NCBI RefSeq assembly: GCF_001194135.2
Contig: NC_068993.1
Span: forward strand, 58,975,024-59,037,746
Length of the DNA stretch: 62,723 nucleotides
Source of the DNA: Octopus bimaculoides
Taxonomy: Eukaryota
Reading direction: 5' to 3'
Made by a program: the position numbers and the translations under genes. Below, one piece after another: positions 39,618-52,954 of the stretch. Under the pieces are notes generated by a model. That model was given only the letters and a program-made list of their open reading frames with translations, ran no database searches and was not told where the DNA came from. How positions within the stretch are numbered: position 1 is the first letter of the stretch; every line of letters starts with the position of its first letter.

Positions 39618-41118
39618 NNNNNNNNNNNNNNNNNNNNNNNNNNNNNNNNNNNNNNNNNNNNNNNNNNNNNNNNNNNNNNNNNNNNNNNNNNNNNNNNNNN
39701 NNNNNNNNNNNNNNNNNNNNNNNNNNNNNNNNNNNNNNNNNNNNNNNNNNNNNNNNNNNNNNNNNNNNNNNNNNNNNNNNNNNNNNNNNNNNNNNNNNNN
39801 NNNNNNNNNNNNNNNNNNNNNNNNNNNNNNNNNNNNNNNNNNNNNNNNNNNNNNNNNNNNNNNNNNNNNNNNNNNNNNNNNNNNNNNNNNNNNNNNNNNN
39901 NNNNNNNNNNNNNNNNNNNNNNNNNNNNNNNNNNNNNNNNNNNNNNNNNNNNNNNNNNNNNNNNNNNNNNNNNNNNNNNNNNNNNNNNNNNNNNNNNNNN
40001 NNNNNNNNNNNNNNNNNNNNNNNNNNNNNNNNNNNNNNNNNNNNNNNNNNNNNNNNNNNNNNNNNNNNNNNNNNNNNNNNNNNNNNNNNNNNNNNNNNNN
40101 NNNNNNNNNNNNNNNNNNNNNNNNNNNNNNNNNNNNNNNNNNNNNNNNNNNNNNNNNNNNNNNNNNNNNNNNNNNNNNNNNNNNNNNNNNNNNNNNNNNN
40201 NNNNNNNNNNNNNNNNNNNNNNNNNNNNNNNNNNNNNNNNNNNNNNNNNNNNNNNNNNNNNNNNNNNNNNNNNNNNNNNNNNNNNNNNNNNNNNNNNNNN
40301 NNNNNNNNNNNNNNNNNNNNNNNNNNNNNNNNNNNNNNNNNNNNNNNNNNNNNNNNNNNNNNNNNNNNNNNNNNNNNNNNNNNNNNNNNNNNNNNNNNNN
40401 NTCCACCACTATCATCACTCCCACCACTACCATTCCTACCACCACCACCACCACCACCACCACCACCACCACCACCAATAAATCTAAAGTTATTTAATGT
40501 ATTTCTCTACATGATTCCTAGATAAACACTCGGTTAAGTCAGCTGGTGTATATGCCACACTGATAACGAGTTAACGAGAGAGCATTTACATGGTCGCTTG
40601 GCCTGCTTGAAATAACAGCCAAATCTCCTTCAAATTACAGACTATCATCGTAGTAACGGAAACAACAGATGACGTGATCCTGAGTTCATGGCATCAAGAC
40701 CAACGGGATGGTCATGGCTGGAGTGTCTTTGATCATAAGTTTGCTCAATCAGGTTGACCAAAGTCTAAATACCAACAACAACAACTATCAGTACTAGACT
40801 GATAAAATAGTTAAAGCTCTCCCTGGGGCCCTACCCTTTCATTATGTTTCACTCATGGTTTATCTTGATATTGGGAGTAACAGATGTTTTACATCAGTGG
40901 TTCCCAGCAATTTTTTTTCATCTATAGGTAAAAAGAAAGGTAAAATCACCTTCTCATGTCATTCCGACTCACAAAGGCTGCTCTCCCTGGTTTCATGGCA
41001 TGTATATTCTGCACCAAGATGAATATGTATGTTTGTATGTATGTATTTAGATTTATATTATGTGTTTGTGAGAGAAAATAGTCTATGACAATAAGAAAGT
41101 CTGGAAGAATAAGCTTAC

Positions 41119-41506
41119 CATAAGCAGCAACAAGTGGTGTGAAAACAGCCACTACCAAAGTCTTGAGACTTCCATAAGATTCCAGGAGTTCAGAGGGCCA
41201 AGCAGAATAAAAGAGATAGGCAAAGAGTGCCGAGATGAAGATCTGGGTTATAATTCTTTCATAAGTGATTGGTGGATGAGAATAAATCCGCTTCCGGTCT
41301 TTCATTTCTTCCACATAAAAATGGTCATTATTGGCACGGTGTACATAAAATGGAATTCTCCAGAGGTCCCTAAACCAACCAATTCCACAGCCTGCCAGAG
41401 TTGCCCACCACACAAGAGCCTGGTTATCTCTGTTCAAATAAATATGATGAATGCCAAACAGTCCACCAAAAAACCACAGAATGTAGGCTATCACAACTTT
41501 GGCCAT
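41119..41506 (-). CDS. DNAJC22: DnaJ homolog subfamily C member 22 (wurst-like), coding exon 1; TM2-like domain
   Basis: MAKVVIAYILWFFGGLFGIHHIYLNRD...WFRDLWRIP is typical of TM2/DNAJC22 N-termini. Donor TATG|gtaagc (388 nt, phase 1). A probable acceptor cctaag lies 14 nt upstream of the ATG. Confidence 0.93.
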
Positions 41507-41559
41507 TTTGGGGTGACCGTCTTAGGTAGTTTTGTATTTTTGGTGAGATAGTTGTATGC

Positions 41560-42070
41560 TATAGCATAGGTGGTTGTCGTTGTAGTGGTGACCAGTGTTA
41601 TAATGGTTGTAGTGGTTTTGGTGGAAGTAGTAGTAGTTGTCGTTGTGGTACTGGTTATTGGTGTAACAATGGTTATTGTTAAGGTTGTTGCAGTGATGGT
41701 GGTGATGGTGGTGGTTGTGGCGGCAGTAGTTGTAGTGTAGTAATGATGTTAGTTACTGCTGCAGTGTTGTAGTGGTCATTGTAATGGTAGTGGTGTTTTT
41801 TGTTGTAGGGGATTTTGTAGTAGTAGTAGTAGCTTTGGTAGCGAATACTATTGCTGAGGTAGAAGTAATATTAGTGGTAGTTGCGGTTGTGGAGTTTGCT
41901 GAGGTAGTGGTTGAAGTAGTAGTTGTTATTATAGCTGCAGTGGGAGTTATAGTAGCAGTCACTGTCACTACAATGGTTGTTGTTGTGGTGGTGGTGGTGG
42001 TGGTGGTGGTGGTGGGAGTGGTGGTGGTTGTAGCGATGGTGTGGAGTGGTAGTGGTTGTGATGATAAGGG
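41560..42070. repeat. Compound (GTA/GTG/GTT)n trinucleotide tract just upstream of DNAJC22 exon 1
   Basis: Low-complexity tract that produces the spurious Thr- and Val-rich ORFs. Confidence 0.9.
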
Positions 42071-42451
42071 TGGTGCGAGGTTAACAGATGCTACCGCCAA
42101 TGACAGAAATACAAACGAATGTATCCAAATGAACAGTTTTCAGCAACATACGTCAGTGCTAAAAATTATCTCTGTTGCCTGGCACAAAAAGAGTCGATAG
42201 GTACCCTGAATTAAAACCATAGTTATTTCCTGTCTGTCTGTGTGTCTCCCTGATTTTGCAGAATCTGTTGACATTGTGAGCTTGCATTGTGTTCTTCATA
42301 TTCTGGTAGTGAAAATAAAAAAAAAATTTTTAATTAAAAAAGAAGAAAATAAAGAAAAGAGAAAGATCACTTTGTTATGACCCCAAAAAAGAAACCCTAA
42401 TAACTTACGGGTAGAAGAATATTAAAAGACAAATTAATCCAAAGACATACT

Positions 42452-42770
42452 AACATAATAAACATCAGTTTTCCCATCTTAACATAATAAACATCAGTTT
42501 GCCCATACTAGCACAATATACATCAGTTTGCCCATACTAGCATAATATACATCAGTTTGCCCATGCTAACATAATAAACATCAGTTTGTCCATACTAGCA
42601 CAATATACATCAGTTTGCCCATACTAGCATGATATACATCAGTTTGCCCATCTTAACATAATATACATCAGTTTGCCCATACTAGCATAATAGATATCAG
42701 TTTGCCCATACTAGCATAATATACATCAGTTTGCCCATAGAAGCATAATATACATCGGTTTGCTCATACT
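42452..42770. repeat. Minisatellite, 29 bp x 11
   Basis: Unit agcataatatacatcagtttgcccatact, head to tail with no spacers. Confidence 0.95.
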
Positions 42771-43241
42771 GCAGATGGTAGTTTTTTTGTTGTATGTATG
42801 TGTGTGTGTGTGTGTGCGCATGTGCACAGATATCGCTGGATGTTTAAAATATCCACTTCACAATCATGAGACTCTAGGTTCTATTCTACTCCCAGGCACT
42901 TCAGAGAGATATCGGGGTTTTTTTTTTCTTTTTTGTGGTCTCGAGATGATTTTAGACACATGAGTGAGACCAGGCAGATGGAAACTGTGTTGAAGGCCAC
43001 TGGAAGGATTTTTACTTCTAAATTGGAAAAAAAAAAAGAAGAAAAACAGCTGTGTCATGCTGATTCTTTTATATATTATTTGAATAGTACGAACGCCTAT
43101 GGTGTACTCAACCACTTACAGTATTATACAATAAGTATAATTGATTGATTAGCTGAAAACACATCGTGGAAACCAACATGTGGCTGTACGTGTATGTGTG
43201 TGTGTACATGTGTATGTGTGCTCATGTGTGTGTGCATTTGT

Positions 43242-43287
<46 letters not shown>

Positions 43288-43612
43288 ATATGTGTGTGTG
43301 TGTGTAACTGGAGTCACATTGGTTGTTAGTTTTCTTTGAAAGGGAGAAATAATTTGCTAAGAATCTATTCAATTTTTCATACAAATGTGTGTGTATATGT
43401 ATATATATATATGTGTGTTTGTGTGAGTGTGAGTGTGTGCATGTGTGTGTTTATATGTATGTATGCATTCATGTATTTATGTATGTATGTATGTCTGTAT
43501 GTATGTATGTGTGTGTATGTATATATGTATGTATGAATGTATGTACGTATACAGTGGTTTGGTAGACAAACAGGATAAGCAGAACTCAGTAGATAAGTGT
43601 AATGGCTTTTAC

Positions 43613-43665
<53 letters not shown>

Positions 43666-43934
43666 GTCAACAAAAGGGATTTAGTCCCAAAGGTTTTGTG
43701 CATGGTACTACCAAACTCTTCAATAAGTTTTGTAACTTATGTCACTTGAAAATACTAAGGAAATATATATGTAACTATGTGATGTCTAGTTTATATGTGT
43801 GTATATGCTTACAAACAAACATACTTACATATATACATATATATATATATATTGTTATAATATGTATGTGTGTATAATGTTTGCGTGTATGTATGTATGT
43901 ATATGTATATATGTATATATGTGTGTGCATATAT

Positions 43935-44498
43935 ATGTGTTTATATCGAACTTTAGGCCTCACCGAGGCAATGACTAGTGACCGGGACCTTTGGAAATAT
44001 GCAGTACGTGAGAAGACCCGGGAAGCCAAGTGAGAGCATAATCCCTGGCCTCTGCCAGAAGTGTAGCAAGCTCACTTATTCATATCTTTACTTCATTGGA
44101 CACTAACTCTGCTTGCGAAGACCTGTTGAGGCAAGTGAATTTGAAATCTGAAATCGAAATTGAACCATATTCGATGACTGGCACCTGCGCCAGTGGAGCA
44201 CTAACAGCACTGTCCAAGCGTGATCATTGCCAGAGCAGCTGACTGGCTTCCATGCTAGTGGTCCGTAAATAGCACCATTTGAGTGTGATCATTTCCAGCG
44301 TTGCCTTCTGGCAACTGTGCTAGTGGCACATTAGAAAATCATTCGAGCGAGGTCGTTGCTAGTGCCACTGGACTGACTCCCATGCAGGTGGCATGTAAAA
44401 GACAGCATTTTGAGCGAGGCCGTTGCCAGTACCATGTTACTGGCCCTCGTGCCGGTGGGACGTAAAAGCTCCCACTACACTCTCGGAGTGGTTGGCGT
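43935..44498 (+). mobile_element. RTE LINE 3' end (last ORF2 codons plus repetitive 3' UTR), cut by a gap
   Basis: GLTEAMTSDRDLWKYAVREKTREAK* followed by UTR subrepeats shared with the many short copies. Confidence 0.8.
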
Positions 44499-44514
44499 NN
44501 NNNNNNNNTATATA

Positions 44515-44550
<36 letters not shown>

Positions 44551-45329
44551 TGTGTGCATGTATATATATATATATATATATATGCATGTATGTATGTGTG
44601 CATGTATATATATATATATATACATGTGTGTGTATGTATAAATACATATATATGTATGTATGTATGTATATAGATGCATACATGAGTGGTTAAGAAATTT
44701 TACTTGCATTCTCAAGATCACCATATTCAATCCTACCAGTAGGCAACTTGAGCCAGTGCCATTTTTACCATTTCTCAGACTGTTCCAAGCCTAGTGAGTG
44801 GGAAAGACCGGACAACCCCCCCCCCCAAAAAAAAAGATTGTACCTATAATTGAAAAGGGCCTGCCCTTTTCCCCACCCTGCATCACACTGATTCTACCCA
44901 AAAGTTACACGAAGGCTGGACGTGTCTATGGAACATTCAACCACATGTGGTATAATGCAGTTAGTAGATAGCTCAGTGATCATACAAATGGAAGACCCAT
45001 TCTGGAAACGTACAGTTTATTCATTTACTCCATATGTCTATGTGTGTTTATATCTGTATAGTGTTGAGTTTACGACTTAGAGTACAAAGTACAAACAGGG
45101 TGTTGTTGTTGTGTAATTGTTTTCTTAGATTTATCCACGTTTTTCTTTTTTTGTGGTGAATACTCATTGTCTGTGATGCCTATTGCCGTACACCCCACTA
45201 CCTACCCGAAGCATGCATGGATGTATTGTGGGTATTTGTTTGCTATGGGACGCTGGTTGATATATCAAACAAAGATACTCACCACTCACCCTCGTTTGGT
45301 CTGCTGGTCAAGTCCATGTTGCTTGTGCC

Positions 45330-45379
<50 letters not shown>

Positions 45380-45555
45380 AGTGAGAGAACCATGTTCGTC
45401 CTCTCAACCTATTGTTGTCAGGCACAACAATCAATAACTACATCACACAGCCTACTACGACTACTACTACTACTACCACCGCCACTCTTGCCATTTATCT
45501 CTTGCCTCCTACTCTCAATACTTATCTCCAGTTTTCTTGTGTCTCGGTGCGTGCA

Positions 45556-45603
<48 letters not shown>

Positions 45604-45795
45604 TGTGTGCATCTCTCCCTCTCTCTTTCTCTTTCTCCAACACACACACACACTCACACACACACGTATATGTTCTTTACGGCTCCGAATCCAACTTTGT
45701 TATCACACATCACCACACTCCTGTAGAACTCCCATTGCCTTCTCCCTCCCCTACCAACACCACCACCAGCTCACACACACATACACACACACACG

Positions 45796-45827
<32 letters not shown>

Positions 45828-46022
45828 TCACTACTACCGCCAACATCGCCACCACCACTACTGGCCCCTCCACTACAACCACCACAACCACTTCCATCCC
45901 ACCACACAACGCTACAATCACATTAACCACCACCATCACCAGTAACAAACTCATCCCAACACTATCGCCAATATCACCACCATGTATGAAACCACTTCCC
46001 CCTCTGTCTTTCTCATCCTCTT

Positions 46023-46129
<107 letters not shown>

Positions 46130-46942
46130 TTATCAATCTGTTTATCTCTCTTTAACTGTGTCTCTAAGTGCAAGGTCTTATCATTGTTGTTGTTGTCAAG
46201 CTTAATTGAATAGACCAATTGTCAAAGTCATTCCAAATGTGACCAACCTGTCTTTATCCTATGAGTACCAGGTACTCGCATTACTTACAAAGTTGTACAT
46301 ATTCACATAGATATGCACATTTGCAAACACGTACATGTTCACACATAGATATGCATGCATATAAACATATAGGCACACATACACACATATACACATACAT
46401 ACATAACCTTGCATGAATGAGTTAATGAGGAGGTCCCTTAGTGGCTGTTCAACCTGCAAGAAACAGCAGTCAAGTCTCCCTCAAATCATGCCCCACTATC
46501 TTAAAACTTGACAGGTCAGATAAGGTGCCCCTTGGTTTTGGTGGTATGGTGGTATGGTGGTGATGGTGGTATGGTGGTGGTGGTGGTGGTATGGTGGTGG
46601 TGGTGNNNNNNNNNNNNNNNNNNNNNNNNNNNNNNNNNNNNNNNNNNNNNNNNNNNNNNNNNNNNNNNNNNNNNNNNNNNNNNNNNNNNNNNNNNNNNNN
46701 NNNNNNNNNNNNNNNNNNNNNNNNNNNNNNNNNNNNNNNNNNNNNNNNNNNNNNNNNNNNNNNNNNNNNNNNNNNNNNNNNNNNNNNNNNNNNNNNNNNN
46801 NNNNNNNNNNNNNNNNNNNNNNNNNNNNNNNNNNNNNNNNNNNNNNNNNNNNNNNNNNNNNNNNNNNNNNNNNNNNNNNNNNNNNNNATGATGATGATGA
46901 TGATGATGATGATGAGGAGGAGGAGGAGGAGGAGGAGAGGAT

Positions 46943-46973
<31 letters not shown>

Positions 46974-47187
46974 CAGGGTGGGCTAAAAGTTGATTTACAG
47001 TTATTATGTAGGCACTTGAAATTTCTTTTAAAACATTTTATTACATTTGAATTTCTATCTTACAATTAATTAAATTAGCATAGAATAATGGTTTCATATT
47101 TTTTTTAATAATTAAGATCTAAGCTGTTAATATATGAATGCGAAAGAGATAGTTGAATAACTGTAAACCTACTTTTGGGCCACCCTG
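46974..47187. mobile_element. Tc1/mariner MITE
   Basis: ~32-bp TIRs cagggtgg...tttacagttatt with TA TSDs. A second copy lies at 54808-55042 in the opposite orientation. Confidence 0.88.
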
Positions 47188-47634
47188 TATAAATATTTAT
47201 ATAAATACTGTATAATACAACTATTATGCTACAACAATGGCTTTCTGCACAAATTAAATTATAAAACTACAAAATAAAGCTTAAGCATAACCCACCCAAC
47301 CAATGTAATTACTATAATTATTAATTGAAATACTGGAGTAAGTTGATACAAGCCATACTTTTTGTGGCATCTCAGCCATTGAAAAACATCAACACATTCA
47401 CTGTATGATTACTTTTAGTTTGTTGTAATGGCTCAACCATCAAATTTGTGTATGCATGTGTGTATGTGTGTGCATGTGTGTGTGTGTGTGTGTGCATGTG
47501 TGTGCATGTGTGTGTGTGTGTGTGTGTGTTCATCTCCCATTATTGCTTAACCACTGATGTTGGTGCATTTATGTTCCTGTAACAATGTCGACAAAAGACA
47601 TTGATAGAATAAGTACCATGTTTAAATAATAAAC

Positions 47635-47936
47635 AAAAGCACTCAGAGAGTGCAAACCTCTGCCAAGGCAGCACCAACGTCCTCTCAACGATTAGCTGCG
47701 GATGATTTTTAGAATGAGAATATCTGAAATAAATCTGACTGCTCTCAAAAATTAAGTAAAAAAAAGAAACTGGAAAAATAATCCAGAATCATGGTCCGGT
47801 ACTGGATCAATCTCAAAATCTGATCAGTTTGTACCAGTCATGAGGCAAAACATCTCTGAAAGTTTCATCTGCATCCATCCAGCGGTTCTTGAGATATCTT
47901 GTCCACAGACAAACAAATATAACTGAAAACAATACC
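47635..47936 (+). mobile_element. Probable non-autonomous Helentron/HINE-like repeat
   Basis: 5' aaagcactcagagagtgcaaacctctgccaagg and 3' aagtttcatc...atccatccagcggttcttgagatatcttg...acaaacaaa...gaaaacaatacc resemble mollusc non-autonomous Helitron-type elements. The family assignment is from memory. Confidence 0.45.
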
Positions 47937-48034
47937 GTGTTTGCAAATGTGCATATCTATGTGAATATGTACAACTTTGTAAGTATTTTGAGTGTCTGCA
48001 TATCTTGGTACTCATAGGATAAAGACAGGATGGT

Positions 48035-48385
48035 CACATTTGGTCTATTCAAGGATGACAGGCAAAGTCAACCTCAGTGGAATTTGAACACAAAATGTGA
48101 AGACAAGTGAAATACCACTAAGCATTTTGCCTGGCATGCTAACGTTTCTTATTTCTTTATTGCTCACAAGGGGCTACACACAGAGGGGACAAACAAGGAC
48201 AGACAAACGGATTAAGTCAATTATATCGAGCCCAGTGCGTAACTGGTACTTATTTAATCAACTCAAAAGGATGAAAGGCAAAATCGACCTCGGCGGAATT
48301 TGAACTCAGAACGTAACGGCAGACAAAATACCACTAAGCATTTCACCCGGCGTGCTAACGTTTCTGCCAGCTCGCCACCTTTGAC
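48035..48385 (-). mobile_element. Two tandem copies of the same SINE family, antisense
   Basis: gaatttgaactcagaacg...gctaacgtttctgccagctcgcc. Other - copies lie at ~31020, 34960-35147, 55560-55712 and 61525-61645. Confidence 0.85.
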
Positions 48386-48837
48386 ATTTGTAATAACAGT
48401 ATTGACAGATTTGTTTGGAACAGGCTGCTATAAATTCTTAAGTTAGTGAATATTCCAGTTATTAATACACACAAAAACACAAACAAACAAAGATACAGAT
48501 TTACTTAGCTAATATTGATTACAATAGATAATAAGTATTGCATTTATGCAATTACTTTTTTCAATTACAGCCAACTAATCTGTCATTCTTTCCTCCTTCC
48601 ACTCTATATCATCCTCTTAATATGCCAAAAACAGAAACAGCTGTAAGGCTAACTTTCTCTTTATAAATGTCCTCTGAAATTCCATACAGCCCTGGCTTTG
48701 TTGTCTCATTACAAGACCTGCATTAGACTCCTCACTCATGGAACCAAGAGTTTAACTACGGTCCTTCTGTAGCAATTACATAGCCTTACCTATCAACTTG
48801 GGTCTTGTGGATATCAATACCTCTCATTATATATCAT

Positions 48838-49075
48838 CATCATCATTGTTTAAGGTCTGTTTTCCATGCTGGCATGGGTTGGACAGTTTGACTGGGAGCT
48901 AGCAAACCAGGAGGCTGCACCAGGCTCCAATCTGATCTGGCAGTGTTTCTACAGCTGGATGCCCTTCCTAATGCCAGCCACTCCGAGAGTGTAGTGAGTG
49001 CGTTTTACATGCCACCAGCATGGGAGCCAGTCAGGCGGCACTGGCATCGGCCATGTTCAGATGATACTTTTCACA
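48838..49075 (-). mobile_element. RTE 3'-UTR copy, antisense
   Basis: Same family, reverse orientation. Confidence 0.82.
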
Positions 49076-51320
49076 TGCTACAAGTAGGAGATTCCGGAGG
49101 ACCGACGTTCGGGGAGGCGGTGGCGGGGAAAAAAAGGATTGGATGTAGTGGTTAGTGTGGTGTTCTGCTCTGGAAATCGGACAAAAAATTGCGCAAGGAA
49201 AGGAAGAGTGCTGTACGAGCGCAGAAAGTACAAAACTATACAACCCCAAGGGGCAGTAGCAAAAGAAAACGCTGAGACAGCATGACTGTGGGGCCAAGGA
49301 GTGGAGTGTGTCTGTGTTCTAGGATGTCTCTCTGTGACGCAAAATGTTGACAGCGAGGTTGTGATGATGATGATGATGTGTTCGTATTGATGCTTAGTTC
49401 CTAATTAAAGTGATGTGTGTGTGTGTACTTACATATATGAGTGTGAATATACACACACATTAGTGATTATAGAATACATATACACCGTTTCTAAATGTAG
49501 ATAACAAGTATATCAACGTTTCTTTGTCGGCTTGCCAAGAATATTGATCGAAATTAAAAAAGTATACAAAGACGTTTATCCTATATAACTTCACAAGGTC
49601 ATCTTTGATGTATTGTATTGTATTATATAATTATAATATTAAATACTATTTAATTATCTATCCACCATATCTATCTGTTTATCCATCTATTCGATTAAGC
49701 TAGCTAACGGTCTAACTACCTGTTTGTGTATCTGACCATCATTGTGTATCTATCCGACTACCTGATCGTGTCTACCTACCTTCTGTTTAGATATATATAT
49801 ATGTGTATAATTTGCTGTCTATTTATATATTTGTGTGTTTGTCGATCTACCTATCCACGTCCGTATTTATATCCGTTTTGCCTTCCCTAACAGATTAAAA
49901 CAACACGAAAAGGGAACACACGAGGTACATGATTTCATTGAACACCGAATCACCAAGAATGACATCATTAATAGCGCACCGGCTTTAATCACTTCATACT
50001 CACCCCCATCGACATTCACACCCACACAGAGACACAAATATACACTCATTCACATCATTACACACAAGTGTCACAAACACCCATCCACGGCCTGCTAATA
50101 ATCAAATCTAACATCCTCATACACATCCTATGTTTTTGTTACACTCTCATGCACATGACACATTTGTTCTAATAACCTATTGTTTCTGTGACTTCCACCA
50201 GACCCGCCCAGCAGGAGCATCGGTCGTAAAGTAATTTTTTGAAAAGCCATCATATTCCTCATATTCAAAGTTCTGACAGATGTCGACCAAACAATGTAAG
50301 TAGAGAACAATTATTATTATTATAGTTTCTATTATTCTCATTGTTTCATCATCTTTTTGTCTTTTTTTCTCTCAAACTATTCTCATCTTTCTCTCTCTCT
50401 CTTTTTTATTTCATATGTTATTGGTAGTTTTCTTTTGTGTGTGTGTTATATCCCTTTGTTAAAATAATAGATGCCTCATTTATACAGAGAGACCCTCACG
50501 CTTATATACCAGTATATATCTATAGACATTCATGTGTATTTGTACGTACGTACATATGTTTGTATGTACGTATGTTGCTTCAGCGTGGTAATGGTTAGAA
50601 TAAACTAAACAGTCCTCGGCATGTATAGAAACTTATGTTCACATAGATATCTAAATACTCGTTCAACCATGTCCGTGCGCGCGCACTCAGTATTTCACAT
50701 ACCTTTACCCTATTCTTCTCTCTCTCTCTCTCTATTTATTCTGCTGTCAATCGACCTACCCATTTAGCATTGATCTCAACCATATATAGGCACTCCTTAA
50801 TATATATAAAATTCCAGCGATTGAAATGGGCATCAAGAACCATCAGTATCATAACTTCCGAGAGGCTGGACCAGACACACTTAACCGTTATCCACACCGT
50901 AAGCTGAAAATTACAGGAACTCCGTACCCCTGAGAACTACCCCAACATTCTCTCACTCCATAAACGTCCTCTCTAACACAGCTTTTCATCTCACATTTGT
51001 ACACTGGCAAACATGTTCTCTACTCACGCCAACACTCACATTTATACACCCATATGCATACACATAACTTTACAGTTACCGAAACTATTGTTCCCACCAT
51101 CGTTTCCGTTTTTCACTTCTTCCCTATCTGTGCATTCATCACACTCTCCTTCATCACTAACTTATATATTTCATCATTTTTTACTTTTCTTTTATGAGAG
51201 ACTGGCAAGCGAAATGGCTCAAAGCGTATACATTGGTGTATGTTAATTAATTAATGATGCATCACTCAGCGTTTGTTTAATAATCTGAACTTTGATGTTA
51301 AGCACACCTACAAGTTTTAT

Positions 51321-52032
51321 CATCATCATCGTTTAACGTCCGCTTTCCATGCTAGCATGGGTTGGACGATTTGACTGAGGACTGGTGGACCAGGTGGCTA
51401 CACCAGGCTCCAATCTGATTTGGCAGAGTTTCTACAGCTGGATGCCCTTCCTAACGCCAACCACTCCAAGAGTGTAGTGGGTGCTTTTACGTGCCACCGG
51501 CACGAAGGCCAGTCAGGCGGTACTGGCAACGGCCATGTTCAAAATGGTGTTTTTTACATGCCACCTACACAGGAGCCAATCCAGCGGGACTGGCAACGAC
51601 CTCGCTTGAATATTTTTTCATGTGCCACCAAAGCAATGCTGGTAATGATCATGCTCAAATGGTGCTATTTACGTGCCACTGGCATGGAAGTCAGACAGCT
51701 GCTCTGGCAACGATCATGCTTGCATGGTGCTCTTAGAGCTCCACTGGCACAGGTGCCAGTCATTGAATTTGGTTCAATCACGATTTCGATTTCACTTGCC
51801 CCAACAGGTCTTTGCAATCCAAGTTAGTGTCCAATGAAGGAGAGGTTGGCATGGGTGCCAGTCGTCGAATTTGGATCGATTTCATTTGCCTCAACAGGTC
51901 TTCCCAAACAGAGTTTAGTGTCCAATGAAAGAAAGGTACGCATAGGTGGGCTGACTACACTCTTGGCAGAAGCCTCAGATTATGGTCTCACTTGGCTTGC
52001 CGGGTCTTCTCATGCACTGCATATTTCCAATA
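51321..52032 (-). mobile_element. RTE LINE 3' end, antisense
   Basis: Reverse-complement homologue of 43935-44498, with the (CAT)n tail at 51321. Confidence 0.85.
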
Positions 52033-52169
52033 TGTATGTATATATATTCTATATTTCATTTATCCAGTTTCAGCTCATGAGCTGTGGCCATGCTGGGGCA
52101 CCGCCATTTATGTATATATATGTATATATATATATATTTTATTCTCTCTCTGTTTATTTTCTCGTGTTC

Positions 52170-52205
52170 CTTTCTGTTGAAGAGCATAGGCTCGAAATGT
52201 AAAAG
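52170..52205 (+). ncRNA. Hammerhead-like motif in a third repeat family
   Basis: CUUU-CUGUUGA-A-GAGC/AUAG/GCUC-GAAAU-GUA-AAAG. Stems I and II are paired; the core has A6U. Confidence 0.42.
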
Positions 52206-52269
52206 ACTTTCTCACCTTCCCAAGCGTTAAACTAATACACCTGTTTGTTGTTTACAAACCTGTTTTTGT

Positions 52270-52660
52270 CAGTGGCACGTAAATAGCACCATTTGAGCGT
52301 GATCGTTACCAGCATTCGCCTTCCTGGAACTTGTGCCAGTGGCACATGAAAAGACATTTGAGCGAGATTGTTGCCAGTGCCACTGGACTGGCTCCTGTGC
52401 AGGTGACATGTAAAATACACCATTTTGAGCGTGGCCGTTGCCAGTACCGCCTGACTGGCCCTCATGCCGGTGGCACGTAAAAGCACCCACTACACACTCT
52501 GAGTGGCTGGCGTTAGGAAGGGCATCCAGCTGTAGAAACTCTGCCAGATCAGATTGGTTCCTGGTGCAGCCATCCGGTTCACCAGTCCTCAGTCAAATCG
52601 TCCAACCCATGCTAGCATGGAAAGCAGACGTTAAACAATGATGATGATAATGATGATGAT
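52270..52660 (+). mobile_element. RTE 3'-UTR copy
   Basis: Same family; GAT tail at ~52640-52660. Confidence 0.88.
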
Positions 52661-52954
52661 GTTTCTGAGTATCAAAATATTACACCTGCTTATTGTTCCC
52701 TCACATATCTGTGTCATATGCATTTATACAGGGCACACAAATGAGAAATTATGAGAAAAACAAGTTTATATCATTGGGAACTTGTCATGCCATAAACTTG
52801 TTTATCCTAATTTCCTCCTACATTTGCTTTGCATTTCGTAACTAGTAATACTACCAATTAGTAACCAAACCACTACACTGGTAGTAAGATGATCCACGTC
52901 GATCTCTAAACTCAACAGTAGCAGTTGTACATCTGACTGTACACCCAAAATATA

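Noticed and set aside
41753-42200. Mucin-like Thr-rich or Val-rich ORFs
   Set aside because: Trinucleotide low-complexity DNA in the DNAJC22 upstream region with no splice support.
42452-42770. CRISPR-like periodic array
   Set aside because: Contiguous units with no unique spacers in a eukaryotic context; it is a minisatellite.
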